64,000 nt of DNA from an uncultured Gammaproteobacteria bacterium (GCA_964517555.1 CAZFEF010000001.1:56598-120597), one strand, 5' to 3'; counted from the stretch's first letter, positions 9,263 to 19,008 are shown. Notes: generated by a model not told the origin, from the sequence alone. Numbers and translations: made by a program.

Positions 9263-10429
9263 ATGAGAAAATTCCTTTTAGCTTTGTTTGTCGCAGTTGT
9301 AGCTTTAAGCTCCTGCAAAAAAGAAACGACCGATGCCTATACGGGCGACGATCAGAATCAGAATTCGACGGCCTACCAGATCAGCTACAGTTTCGGAGGA
9401 AAACAGACGACCGGACTGGTTTCGAACGGCGATACCCTGTATTGCCCGATCGGAAAAGTGCTTTTTGAGTTGATTCCGACGGCCAATGCTGACTGGACCT
9501 TCTATACGAGTTCCTGGTCCATGCTTTCGACTGCCGCCAGTATCAATGAGGCCGCTTATACCTTTTCGACTTTGGGGTGGTACTACCTGACAGTAGTGAA
9601 TCCCGCGCTAGGGATCAATATTACGGTAGTGATCAATGTCAACAACGGCGTACAACCGGTAACCCCGCAAAGCGTTCGTTATGTCGGTGCCTGGTACAAC
9701 CAGAATACCAACGAAATGAATTATGTGTTCCGCGGTCCCAAAGTGTTTCTGTCGGCCACTCAATTCTTTCAGGTTGGTGACGCCTGGAACAACGGCTTTG
9801 CCGAAGTTTTTTCTGGCATGCACATGGTTGGTGCTGATAGCGTTGATGTGGAAATTGCGTTTTCGGCAACCACCGCCCCGTCGCTTAAGAAATTCTGTTA
9901 TGGAGCCACTGTTCTTGGTACGAATACCTGGGTTTCCGGTTGCGATGGTTTATGGCATACCGGCCTTTCTGGACCCGGCAATGACCTCTGGTGGTTCTAC
10001 CCGTCATACGGAACGGCAGTTCCGCACGGAGGTAATACAGCCACAGTGCCTGGAAGTATTCCTGACAACAACGGATCGGTGAATCCGGATATCGCCCCCA
10101 TGACGATTTCCGGGACTAACCTGCGAATTTACTGTTTTATTCCTCCGTTGTCGTATAATGCCCTGATCGGCGCAGGCGCTTATAACCCGCAGTTCCATTA
10201 TAAATCAGCTCCTCATTACGATCCTTTCCCTGTAGGAGCTTGGACTACGGCCACCTTTACGCCTACCAGCACGAACAAAAGCTATTATTATGCTGATCTT
10301 ACCATGCCGGCCAATACCACGATCTGGTTTGAGTGGAGCCAGGCCCTAACCTTCATTCCGATGGTTAACCAAGAAAGCTTATCCGATTCTTGGGATATCA
10401 TTAACAATTGTTGCAAGGTTAGCAACTAA
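9263..10429 (+). CDS. secreted lipoprotein of unknown function (Bacteroidetes-style signal/lipobox)
   Basis: MRKFLLALFVAVVALSSCKKETTD: signal peptide, Cys lipobox, then K/E-rich residues. The gene is clearly more GC-rich than its surroundings, so spurious ORFs overlap it on both strands. No SD sequence upstream. Confidence 0.6.
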   Translation: MRKFLLALFVAVVALSSCKKETTDAYTGDDQNQNSTAYQISYSFGGKQTTGLVSNGDTLYCPIGKVLFELIPTANADWTFYTSSWSMLSTAASINEAAYTFSTLGWYYLTVVNPALGINITVVINVNNGVQPVTPQSVRYVGAWYNQNTNEMNYVFRGPKVFLSATQFFQVGDAWNNGFAEVFSGMHMVGADSVDVEIAFSATTAPSLKKFCYGATVLGTNTWVSGCDGLWHTGLSGPGNDLWWFYPSYGTAVPHGGNTATVPGSIPDNNGSVNPDIAPMTISGTNLRIYCFIPPLSYNALIGAGAYNPQFHYKSAPHYDPFPVGAWTTATFTPTSTNKSYYYADLTMPANTTIWFEWSQALTFIPMVNQESLSDSWDIINNCCKVSN

Positions 10430-10450
10430 GATTCAGTCAAAAAAACTAAA

Positions 10451-10478
10451 AAAGCCCTGAAAAACACAGGGCTTTTTG
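10451..10478 (+). terminator. rho-independent terminator after lipoprotein gene 1
   Basis: GCCCTG-aaaaaca-CAGGGC followed by TTTTT. Confidence 0.6.
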
Positions 10479-10493
10479 ATATCCTTAGCTATC

Positions 10494-10522
10494 TTGACAT
10501 ATTTTTATTTATATGCTATAAT
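10494..10522 (+). promoter_or_regulatory. consensus sigma70 promoter (TTGACA-17-TATAAT)
   Basis: Perfect -35 TTGACA (10494-10499), 17-nt spacer, perfect -10 TATAAT (10517-10522). Located upstream of lipoprotein gene 2. Confidence 0.6.
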
Positions 10523-10651
10523 TGGCCTATAAAGTTCTTTGACCCTATTCCTCTAAATTTGACTGTCAGCTAAGTATTTAAGTTTTGAATATTTGGCCGA
10601 CAGTCAAATAAAAATTATAAACAAACAATATAATAATTGGAGGAACATATC

Positions 10652-11215
10652 ATGAGAAATTTCGTTTTTTTACTGGCAATTTTCGCCTTGCTGTTTAGTT
10701 CATGCAAAAAGGAATACATTGAACCTTATGGCAATGGCGTGGACACCGTTTACGTTAATGGCGGGAACAACAACAATAACAATAACCCGCCCACCGGCTG
10801 GCATTACGCTGCTACGACCCCCACAATGACCGGGAATGAGTTTGCCTGGAACCTTTCCAATTCTTCCCTGGATCCCACCGGGAAAGAGATTTTCGTAGTA
10901 TGGATTTCCAATTCGGGAGCCATCAACTACAACAAATTATTGGACGGCGTTTCGGGAGTTTTTTCCGGCGGCAGTATCAACAGCGGCACCATTAGGATGA
11001 CATTGAGCCCGAGCTATGGAAAACTGAAGTTCAACTTCGCAGTCAATTCCGGGCCACCGTCGAACAAATGGTTCTGGTTTATAGCCCAGGGCCCATTGGT
11101 TCAGCTTCCTTGCCAGCACACATCAGGCGGACTCTGTTTTGACGACGGCGTCAACAACCTGTTCTCTACCCTCTACTCGGGTGGAAACTGGGTCGCTGGA
11201 GACCCCTGTCCATGA
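10652..11215 (+). CDS. secreted lipoprotein of unknown function (second of a pair), with an Asn7 run
   Basis: GGAGGA RBS 7 nt upstream of the ATG at 10652 (the ORF-track start at 10637 is probably too long). MRNFVFLLAIFALLFSSCKKEY lipoprotein signal. GC-rich like its neighbour. Confidence 0.6.
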   Translation: MRNFVFLLAIFALLFSSCKKEYIEPYGNGVDTVYVNGGNNNNNNNPPTGWHYAATTPTMTGNEFAWNLSNSSLDPTGKEIFVVWISNSGAINYNKLLDGVSGVFSGGSINSGTIRMTLSPSYGKLKFNFAVNSGPPSNKWFWFIAQGPLVQLPCQHTSGGLCFDDGVNNLFSTLYSGGNWVAGDPCP

Positions 11216-11234
11216 TCAGGTCAAAGATCTTTCA

Positions 11235-11268
11235 ACAAAAAAGGAACCCCCAAAAGGTTCCTTTTTCA
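11235..11268. terminator. bidirectional rho-independent terminator between convergent genes
   Basis: A-run, AGGAACC-cccaaaa-GGTTCCT, T-run. Sits between the lipoprotein gene (+) and pyrG (-). Confidence 0.6.
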
Positions 11269-11282
11269 TTTGTCTAAATAGA

Positions 11283-12944
11283 TTATTTTTTCTTTCCCTT
11301 TAATTCCTTGCAGACTTTGATGAACTCAACAAATAACGGATGTGGGCTTAAAGGTCGGGAGACATATTCTGGATGAAATTGAGTGCCGATAAAAAAAGGG
11401 TGCTTGGTAATTTCAATCGCTTCTACTATCTGGCCGTCAGGTGAGGCGCCGGCAATGGTTAAGCCATGTTTTTCCATTATTTCTCGGAAGTCATTATTAA
11501 ATTCATAGCGATGACGGTGTCTTTCTGACACTGTTTTTTTGTCGCTGAATTTTTGGTAGGCTTTGGCTAGGTGGGTTTGCGGAACAATCTTGCAGGGCCA
11601 GCCGCCTAAACGAATGGTGCCGCCATAGCCTTTTTCTTTTATTAATTTTTCTTGTCCGGGCATGATATGAATTACTTGGTTTTTAGTGTTTTTGTCTACC
11701 TCTTCTGAATTGGCATCTTTGAGGCCGCAGACATTACGAGAGAACTCAATCACCGCCATTTGCATGCCATAGCAAAGACCGAAGTACGGGACTTTATTTT
11801 CTCGACAATATTTAATAGTTTTTATCTTCCCTTCTGAGCCGCGACTGCCCCAACCTTGAGGGACGATGATGCCGGCTAATTTTTTTAAGACACCAACACC
11901 CTTCTTTTCTATTTCTTCGGTATTAATCCATTCTATTTCTACTTTGGTGTGGTTATGGGCGGCGGCGTGTTTGACGGCTTCAATGACGGAAATATAGGAA
12001 TCGCCTAAGGAAAAATCACCAGTGGCGAAGTATTTGCCAACTATGCCAATTTTAACTTTGTCTTTAGCGGTTTTTAGATTACGTACCATCTTAGCCCACT
12101 CCTGATTATTATGCTTGCCAGGTTTTGGTTTAAGTTTTAAAACTTTCAAGATGTTTTCTCCCAGTTTGTCTCTTTCGAAATTAAGCGGAATATCATAAAT
12201 AGAGTCGGCGTCCGGAGCGGAAATAACGTTTTCTGGTAAGATGTTGCAGTTAATCGCTATTTTCTCGCGGCGAGCCTGGTCAATGTCCACTTCGGAGCGA
12301 GCGATAATAAAGTTGGGCTGGATGCCAGCGCCGTTTAGACTGCGAACTGCATGCTGGGTAGGTTTGGTTTTCATTTCGCCGATTTTATTAGGTAGCGGCA
12401 AATAGGAAACCATAACAAAAGCGACGTCGTCTGGATGATAGAGCTTCATGACTCTAGCAGCCTCTAAAAATAACAGGTTCTCATATTCACCCACTGTACC
12501 GCCAATTTCAATGATCATAATTTCAGCCTTGGTTTTCTCTACGGCTTTTTCAATGCGGTCTCTGATCTCTTGAGGGATATGCGGCACCACTTGAACGCAG
12601 CGGCCTTTATATTCTAAATTTCTTTCTTTGTTGATAACGGTTTGATAGACTCGACCGGTGGTCATGTAGTTTTCTCGGTAGATATTTTTATTCAAAAACC
12701 GCTCGTAGTTACCAATATCCTGGTCAGTTTCATCGCCGTCTTCAGTGACGAATACCTCGCCATGTTCCACGGGGTTCATGGTGCCGGCATCGACATTGAT
12801 ATAGGGGTCCATTTTAATGGCACTGACTTTAAAGCCTTTAGCTTGCAGGATTTCGCCGATCGAAGCCGTGGTAATACCTTTACCAACGCCGCTCATCACT
12901 CCTCCGACGACAAAGATAAACTTAGTGCGGTTTTTTTCCGACAT
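11283..12944 (-). CDS. pyrG: CTP synthase
   Basis: N-terminal synthetase domain motif (FVVGGVMSGVGKGITTASIG) and C-terminal class-I glutamine amidotransferase with GLCYGMQ. Confidence 0.9.
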   Translation of the reverse strand: MSEKNRTKFIFVVGGVMSGVGKGITTASIGEILQAKGFKVSAIKMDPYINVDAGTMNPVEHGEVFVTEDGDETDQDIGNYERFLNKNIYRENYMTTGRVYQTVINKERNLEYKGRCVQVVPHIPQEIRDRIEKAVEKTKAEIMIIEIGGTVGEYENLLFLEAARVMKLYHPDDVAFVMVSYLPLPNKIGEMKTKPTQHAVRSLNGAGIQPNFIIARSEVDIDQARREKIAINCNILPENVISAPDADSIYDIPLNFERDKLGENILKVLKLKPKPGKHNNQEWAKMVRNLKTAKDKVKIGIVGKYFATGDFSLGDSYISVIEAVKHAAAHNHTKVEIEWINTEEIEKKGVGVLKKLAGIIVPQGWGSRGSEGKIKTIKYCRENKVPYFGLCYGMQMAVIEFSRNVCGLKDANSEEVDKNTKNQVIHIMPGQEKLIKEKGYGGTIRLGGWPCKIVPQTHLAKAYQKFSDKKTVSERHRHRYEFNNDFREIMEKHGLTIAGASPDGQIVEAIEITKHPFFIGTQFHPEYVSRPLSPHPLFVEFIKVCKELKGKKK

Positions 12945-12963
12945 AACTTTATATTTAGATGAT

Positions 12964-14196
12964 TTATTTAGCTTTGATTATAGCCACAGCACGGTCAAAT
13001 TGAGGATCACGATCATTCTCCCAGTCTTCAGTGGTTAGTTTCACTTCTTCATTCGGCGTTATCCCCTGTTCATTAATGGATATTCCCTTGGGGGTCAACC
13101 ATTTAGCTACGGTTATTTTAATAGCTGAGCCGTCTTCTAAATCTAACAGAGTCTGAACTGAGCCTTTCCCAAAAGTTTTTTCGCCGATAACTATTCCCTG
13201 ATTATTATCCTTTAGAGCACCGGCTACTATTTCTGAAGCTGAAGCGCTACCTTTGTTTACTAAAACTACAGTTTTAATTCCTCGCAAGCGGGCTCGATTT
13301 TTCCCCAAATATTCATTTTTTTCTGAATCACTGAATTTTTCAATTACAATTGTGCCTTTGTCTATCCACTCGCTGGCCATATCGACAGCAGTATCTAAAT
13401 AGCCGCCAGGATTGTTGCGCAAATCCAAGATGATGCCGGTTGGCTTTTGGGCCACTATTTCCTTAACGGCGTTATCGAACAAACCCTTGGTATCGCTATT
13501 GAAGGCGCTGATTTTAATGACATAAATATTATCAGCCCGTCTTTCGGTAGTGACTGATTTAATCACTATTAGATCGCGTTTGATTACATAATCTTTAGTA
13601 TCGCTTTCTCCGGAGCGGTAGATGTTTAGGGTCACTTCGGTGCCCTTCTTGCCTCTAATTAAGCGGACTGCGGCCTCTACGCTCATATTCAAGGTCGTGG
13701 CGCCGTCTATGGCATAGATTTGATCTCCGGCTTTGATGCCGGCTTTTTGGGCTGGCGTCCCTTCCAAAGGAGCAATGACAGTGATTACTTCATTTCTGAG
13801 TCCAATTTCCGCTCCAATTCCCTCAAAGGAGCCGGAGAGATCGTCTTGAAATTGTTTGTTTTCTTTCGGGTCCAAGAAGCTGGTATAAGGATCACCGACA
13901 GATTCGACCATTCCCCTGAGAGAGCCATAGAAAAGTTCAGACTCATCAATTTTATCCTTATCAACATAATTATCCTTTAGTGATTGCCAAACGCGCCAAT
14001 AAAGGCTGAAATCTACATTCCGCGGCAGACTGATACCATCTTCCCCGCCAGCGTTAGCTAGGGCGCGATTATGTTTTTGGTCATTGACATAAATCCCGGC
14101 AAAAAAAGCCAGGCTAATGATTAATAGAATCAAGAAGCCACCGGCTAAGCGCCAAAGGCGATGTTTCAATTTATTCTTACTGAAAATCATAGACAT
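12964..14196 (-). CDS. ctpA: carboxy-terminal processing peptidase (S41 family) with PDZ domain
   Basis: N-terminal TM anchor, PDZ region, and S41 catalytic region (ILDLRNNPGGYLDTAV … S/K dyad context). Confidence 0.8.
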   Translation of the reverse strand: MSMIFSKNKLKHRLWRLAGGFLILLIISLAFFAGIYVNDQKHNRALANAGGEDGISLPRNVDFSLYWRVWQSLKDNYVDKDKIDESELFYGSLRGMVESVGDPYTSFLDPKENKQFQDDLSGSFEGIGAEIGLRNEVITVIAPLEGTPAQKAGIKAGDQIYAIDGATTLNMSVEAAVRLIRGKKGTEVTLNIYRSGESDTKDYVIKRDLIVIKSVTTERRADNIYVIKISAFNSDTKGLFDNAVKEIVAQKPTGIILDLRNNPGGYLDTAVDMASEWIDKGTIVIEKFSDSEKNEYLGKNRARLRGIKTVVLVNKGSASASEIVAGALKDNNQGIVIGEKTFGKGSVQTLLDLEDGSAIKITVAKWLTPKGISINEQGITPNEEVKLTTEDWENDRDPQFDRAVAIIKAK

Positions 14197-14237
14197 ATTT
14201 ATTTATCCATTTTACTCTTTTATAATTTTTTTGACAA

Positions 14238-14753
14238 TTAGATCAGCGATCTTAAAATTCTTAAAGCCTCTGGAAAGAAGGGACTGATTATACCAACAGC
14301 TTGCAGAAGATAAGGAGCTATTTGAGAGCCGATTAATTGGTCGGCTATGAAGGTATCGATTAAGGTGTAACGCGAGGCCATGTAAATTACCATTCCCAAG
14401 ATCAAGACGCCTTCGACAAAACCAAAGACGGCACCGGCTATTTTGTTTATCCCTTTTATAAACGGAATAATCGAGGCGATGTTAATGGCTTTGTCCAGCA
14501 TGTCAAAGGCCCAGCCGATGATTTTAGTGGCGACGCCCAAAACCAGGATAAAAGCAATTATTTTCCCCAAGTTTTCATTGCCAAAGAACATCCAGTTTAG
14601 CCAATTGTATACTTGTTCATAATAATGACTGGCCACCCAAGCACCGATCAAGATGCCAATTAAATAGCCGACCATTTTAATTAGCCCATGGAAGAGGCCA
14701 TAGAAAGTAAAGCCGGCGATAACAATGATTAAGATGACATCAATTAAAACCAT
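14238..14753 (-). CDS. CvpA-family membrane protein
   Basis: Four-TM small protein with a CvpA-like N-terminus (MVLIDVILIIVIAGFTFYGLFHG…). Confidence 0.5.
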   Translation of the reverse strand: MVLIDVILIIVIAGFTFYGLFHGLIKMVGYLIGILIGAWVASHYYEQVYNWLNWMFFGNENLGKIIAFILVLGVATKIIGWAFDMLDKAINIASIIPFIKGINKIAGAVFGFVEGVLILGMVIYMASRYTLIDTFIADQLIGSQIAPYLLQAVGIISPFFPEALRILRSLI

Positions 14754-14783
14754 ATTGTTTAATTTAATATTAATTTATATAAA

Positions 14784-15215
14784 TTATGGACAAGCGCCAG
14801 CAATTATCCCTTTAGGCTCCGCGCAATTTAATCCCGCGGCCAGGCCACCGGTTTCGTGTCCTAAACAAAATTCCAGAGCATAATTATTGCTATCTATTTG
14901 GCGATAGGAGTAAGTACTACTGGTGCAATTACCGTCAGCGGTTAGGGGGGCGTTGGGGACGGCTGTTAGATAGGTGATGTTGGTAGTTGAACCAATTAAA
15001 GCTTGGCCAGAGGTGACTCCGAGTGGATATTGATTTTCGTCGCGGTGATAGAATTCTAAAGCGTTTTGGATTTGGGCGATATCGCTTAGTCTCTTGCTAT
15101 CTCGGGATTTTTCCCTAATCACTTTGAAAGAAACAGTAGCCGCTCCAGCCACAATGCCAATAATGAGGATGACCGCCAATAGTTCTATTAAAGTGAAGGC
15201 CGGATTTTTTTTCAT
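14784..15215 (-). CDS. type IV pilin / pseudopilin-like protein (prepilin N-terminal methylation motif)
   Basis: MKKNPAFTLIELLAVILIIGIVAGAA: a class III signal peptide (G/FTLIE) followed by a hydrophobic helix. C-terminal Cys pair. Confidence 0.8.
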   Translation of the reverse strand: MKKNPAFTLIELLAVILIIGIVAGAATVSFKVIREKSRDSKRLSDIAQIQNALEFYHRDENQYPLGVTSGQALIGSTTNITYLTAVPNAPLTADGNCTSSTYSYRQIDSNNYALEFCLGHETGGLAAGLNCAEPKGIIAGACP

Positions 15216-15224
15216 AATTTATGA

Positions 15225-16652
15225 TTAATTATCTAAACGTGGGAAAAGCCCTTCTCCCTTAGTGATTGTCGGAGCTAAAAATTGTTGCTGTATTTTTTCG
15301 GCGGTTTGCGGCAGAAATATTTTTAACCAGAAAGCAATATCTAAAATATTTTGAGCCACTATTTCCAGGCAAGCTTTTATCTCCGTTTGGTCTTGCATTT
15401 TCCAGGGAGTTTTTAGGCTGAGATATTCGTCACTGGCTTTCACCTTTTCCCAAATTATTTTCAAAGCATTACCGATGTCATAGATCTCTAGCGCTTTTTT
15501 TATTTCCTCGGAAAATTTTGAGTCACTTTCGTTCACTAGTTTTAGTGATAGATTGTTTTTCTCAATCAAATTAGTTGTGCGGGAGATCAAGTTGCCTAAA
15601 CCGTTAGCTAGGTCAGAATTGTATAAGGCCTTGAATTTGTCTTCAGTAAAATCGCCGTCTTCAAAGGTTGGTATTTCTCTAAGGAGATAATAGCGAAGAG
15701 CATCAGTGCCATATTTTTCTACTAAATTCTTGGGCTCGACTACGTTTCCTAGAGATTTGCTCATTTTTTGGCCGTTAGAGTTGATAAAGCCGAAGATTAA
15801 TACTCCTAAAGAATTGGGTAGTTTGGCTGACAGCAACATTGCTTGCCACATCGCCGTTTGCTGGCGCAAGTTGTCCTTGCCGCAGACTTGTAGTCCGGGC
15901 CAGTACTTATCAAAATTCTGTTTTTCTTCCGGCCAGCCTAGGCTGGAAATATAGTTGGTTAAAGCATCAAACCAGACATACATCACCTGGGTATCATCGC
16001 CAGGAACCGGAACTCCCCAGGGCATTTTGTCTTTGAGCCTGGAAATGGAAAAATCTTGTAATCCAGAAGCTACAAAGTTTCTAATTTCTTTCAAGCGATG
16101 TGGCGGATAGACAAAACCAGGGTTTTGATCATAGAGGGCCAATAGTTCGTCTTGATATTTAGAAAAACGGAAAAAGTAATTTTCCTCTTCGATTATTTCT
16201 AAATCTTTGTCCGGGTGGAGCGGACAGCGGCCATGATCGAGGTCAGAATCGGTTTTTTCTAATTCGCAACCGACGCAATATTTGACGCTGTATGTTTTTT
16301 TGTAGATGTCGCCGTTTTGTTGACAGATTTCCCAGAATTTTTGAGCACTGCTTAGATGATGAGCATCAGTGGTTCGGATAAAATTGTCATAACTGATATT
16401 GAGCAATTCTTTCAGTTCTTTAAAGGTCGTGGCTAGGTTGTCGCAATAAGTTTGGACGTCAACTCCCTCTTCCTGGGAGCGACGATAGATCTTTAGACCA
16501 TGCTCATCAGTACCGGTATTAAAAAATACTTCTTCTCCTAAAAGACGGTGATAACGAGCCAAAACATCAGCCTTGATGATTTCGGCGGCAAAGCCGATAT
16601 GGGGGCTGGAGTTGATATAAGGCAAAGTGGTAGTGATGTAGAATGGTTTCAT
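15225..16652 (-). CDS. metG: methionyl-tRNA synthetase (short form)
   Basis: HIGH-type motif (TTLPYINSSPHIGFA), zinc knuckle CVGCE…C…H, and KMSKS followed by LGNVVEP as in MetRS. Confidence 0.75.
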   Translation of the reverse strand: MKPFYITTTLPYINSSPHIGFAAEIIKADVLARYHRLLGEEVFFNTGTDEHGLKIYRRSQEEGVDVQTYCDNLATTFKELKELLNISYDNFIRTTDAHHLSSAQKFWEICQQNGDIYKKTYSVKYCVGCELEKTDSDLDHGRCPLHPDKDLEIIEEENYFFRFSKYQDELLALYDQNPGFVYPPHRLKEIRNFVASGLQDFSISRLKDKMPWGVPVPGDDTQVMYVWFDALTNYISSLGWPEEKQNFDKYWPGLQVCGKDNLRQQTAMWQAMLLSAKLPNSLGVLIFGFINSNGQKMSKSLGNVVEPKNLVEKYGTDALRYYLLREIPTFEDGDFTEDKFKALYNSDLANGLGNLISRTTNLIEKNNLSLKLVNESDSKFSEEIKKALEIYDIGNALKIIWEKVKASDEYLSLKTPWKMQDQTEIKACLEIVAQNILDIAFWLKIFLPQTAEKIQQQFLAPTITKGEGLFPRLDN

Positions 16653-16655
16653 AAA

Positions 16656-17327
16656 TTATTGGATAATAACGACAAATTCGCCCTTAGTGGCCGACGGATC
16701 TTTCGCTAATTCTTCTAAAATTTCAGTGGCACTGCCGCTGTAACTTTTTTCATGAATCTTGGTTAATTCCTTAAAAAGAATAATCTTTTTTTGAGGCATT
16801 AATTCAGTTACTTCTTGGAGCAGTTTACTGATGCGATAGCGAGATTCATAAAGAATCACTGGCTCTGGTTTCTTGGCGATCATTTTTAACTCGGTCTGTC
16901 TGCCTTTTTTGTGTGGCAGGAAACCCAGGAAAGTGAAATGATTACAATTAATTCCCAATAAGGACAGGGCGGCAGTTAAAGCGGAGGGTCCGGGTATGCA
17001 TTTGATTTTAATTTCTTCCCCCTGATTTCTAACGGCTTCAATCAATTTATTACCTGGGTCAGAAATTCCTGGGGTGCCGGCGTCGCTGACTAAAGCTAGA
17101 TTCTTGCCAGCTTTTAGCCAGCTGATAATTTGCTCAACTTTATTAATCTTAGAATGCTCATGATAGGAAACGGCCGGGGTGTTTATCTGATAATGGTTCA
17201 GTAGCTTGCGGCTGTTTCTGGTATCTTCACACAAAATATAATCAACTTCTTTCAGAGTTTCTAGTGCTCTTAGAGTGATGTCGCCCAAATTACCAATTGG
17301 AGTAGCTACAATGTACAAGGTGGACAT
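16656..17327 (-). CDS. rsmI: 16S rRNA (cytidine1402-2'-O)-methyltransferase RsmI
   Basis: Tetrapyrrole-methylase-fold signature LYIVATPIGNLGDITLRALETLKEVDYILCEDTR. Confidence 0.85.
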   Translation of the reverse strand: MSTLYIVATPIGNLGDITLRALETLKEVDYILCEDTRNSRKLLNHYQINTPAVSYHEHSKINKVEQIISWLKAGKNLALVSDAGTPGISDPGNKLIEAVRNQGEEIKIKCIPGPSALTAALSLLGINCNHFTFLGFLPHKKGRQTELKMIAKKPEPVILYESRYRISKLLQEVTELMPQKKIILFKELTKIHEKSYSGSATEILEELAKDPSATKGEFVVIIQ

Positions 17328-17331
17328 AGGA

Positions 17332-19008
17332 TTAGGCTAAGTCTTCCTTCTTCTCTTTTAGATATTTGGTCCAATCTTCAACGATATTGATGATGATTTT
17401 AAACGGTGCTTCTAGGATGAAGTCGAAAATAAAGATGAAGAAATTTAGCCGGGAGACGTTATCTGACAAAAATTTGCCCATCGCTACTATCGGCATATAG
17501 AAGAAATCAAAGATAAAGCCCAAGATGGTTTCTTTGTCGTCAGTGATGACATATTGCTTGACGTCACGTTTGACCCTAAAGCTAAAGAAACTGACGAAAG
17601 CCAAGAAGAACAGGAAGATGGTGATGCTTACCCAGTTAAAGTTGATATAGTTTAAAAGCTTGATTAAAAAGTATACCGAGATCAAAAAAGCTCCGGCGTA
17701 GATTAGATTAAACAAGGAATTCATCAGATAATTACGTCTAGTAGGACGACGCAAATAGATCGGCTGAGTCTTTTTCAATTCAGAATAGGTAATTTCCTTG
17801 ATACCGTTAATTATTTTTTCAGTATTTTTGGCATTGGGAGTTTTGGTAAAGAGAATCATCAGAAATAGCAATACGGCCGGAAAACTGACATTGATTGCCA
17901 AGGAAAAGGTGTTGACCTGCTCCCCGAAGAATTTAATGGCCGGAATCTCTAAAATGAATACAAAAATCGACTTGGTTAAAAAGATGTAGATGATACTTCT
18001 TAATCCCGAACGCCAAAGTTTGTTCTTGACCTTGCTATATCGCTTCTGACATTTTTCCTTAATTAATGAAAAGAAGGCTTTTTCGTTAGTGGTGGCGTTG
18101 TCATAAACCTTGGCGGCGTTGTCGCTCATGGTTTCTAATAACATAGAATAATAGAGCGAGTAGCGGCGGACGATTTTATCGATTTGTTTCATTAAAGGAT
18201 GGTGCAATTGTCTTTCCACTATTTGGTTTAAACTTTTTAGATTCTTAGCAATTTTAATTAAATCTTCCTCTTGAGCTTCTTCCCAAGAATTATAGAATTT
18301 GAAAGCCAAGAAAGACTGCATCTCCAGGTCTAGCTTCAAGTAACTACGAGAGATGCTCAAGTATATTTGCAAATCTAAATCCTTTTGGTAAGAAAGGTCC
18401 GGTGGTAGTTTTATAATCCGGCTCAAGACACTAAACATGTTGGCGATTACTGCCTGTCGTAAAGGTGTAGAGTTTAGGTTTTCTTCAATTTCAGTGGCCG
18501 CCAAAGAAATGATCCAATTAACCAACTTGTTTCTTTCCTTGCTCTCTTTATTGCCCAGATTATGGGCCGGGTAATTTTCCTTGAAGTAATGACGGAGCTT
18601 GATATACTTGTCGAGTAATATGCCCACTTCCCCAATTTTAGCTTCCGGGATTTTGTTGTTCTCTAAATAACCGGCTTGGATTAACTCGGTTAGCAGGTGT
18701 TTGGATACCTCCTCGCTGTCGTAGTTTTTGAGAGCGCCTTCAATCATTATTTGCCGCTTCAGGATTCTTTTTATGGCGTTTTTACGCAATAAATGATCCT
18801 CATCATAGTCGACGGCGATACGGATTTTTTCGTAAATAAAAGAAAGACGAGAAACTATCTGGGAAACATGAATTCGCGGGATGTCATCATCCTCTAGGCC
18901 TTTGCTAGTTTTTTGTTGTTGACCGTAGGCTAACTGAAAAAGCTTTTTGGTTTCCGGGTTAACCGTGAAAAAAGACTGGCTCTTTTTAATTAAATTAGGG
19001 CTCACCAT
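17332..19008 (-). CDS. hypothetical membrane protein (558 aa; soluble N-terminal half, multi-TM C-terminal half)
   Basis: Long ORF with several hydrophobic helices in the C-terminal third. No recognizable catalytic motif. Confidence 0.5.
   Translation of the reverse strand: MVSPNLIKKSQSFFTVNPETKKLFQLAYGQQQKTSKGLEDDDIPRIHVSQIVSRLSFIYEKIRIAVDYDEDHLLRKNAIKRILKRQIMIEGALKNYDSEEVSKHLLTELIQAGYLENNKIPEAKIGEVGILLDKYIKLRHYFKENYPAHNLGNKESKERNKLVNWIISLAATEIEENLNSTPLRQAVIANMFSVLSRIIKLPPDLSYQKDLDLQIYLSISRSYLKLDLEMQSFLAFKFYNSWEEAQEEDLIKIAKNLKSLNQIVERQLHHPLMKQIDKIVRRYSLYYSMLLETMSDNAAKVYDNATTNEKAFFSLIKEKCQKRYSKVKNKLWRSGLRSIIYIFLTKSIFVFILEIPAIKFFGEQVNTFSLAINVSFPAVLLFLMILFTKTPNAKNTEKIINGIKEITYSELKKTQPIYLRRPTRRNYLMNSLFNLIYAGAFLISVYFLIKLLNYINFNWVSITIFLFFLAFVSFFSFRVKRDVKQYVITDDKETILGFIFDFFYMPIVAMGKFLSDNVSRLNFFIFIFDFILEAPFKIIINIVEDWTKYLKEKKEDLA

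Noticed and set aside
9577-10198. Six overlapping ORFs (60-119 aa) on both strands inside lipoprotein gene 9263..10429
   Set aside because: They are artefacts of the locally elevated GC content (few stop codons in any frame). The long + strand lipoprotein ORF with a signal peptide explains the region.
10780-10800. AAC/AAT codon run (Asn7) as a possible phase-variation tract
   Set aside because: It is a mixed aac/aat codon repeat rather than a pure homopolymer or dinucleotide tract, so slipped-strand phase variation is unlikely. It is noted only as low-complexity sequence.
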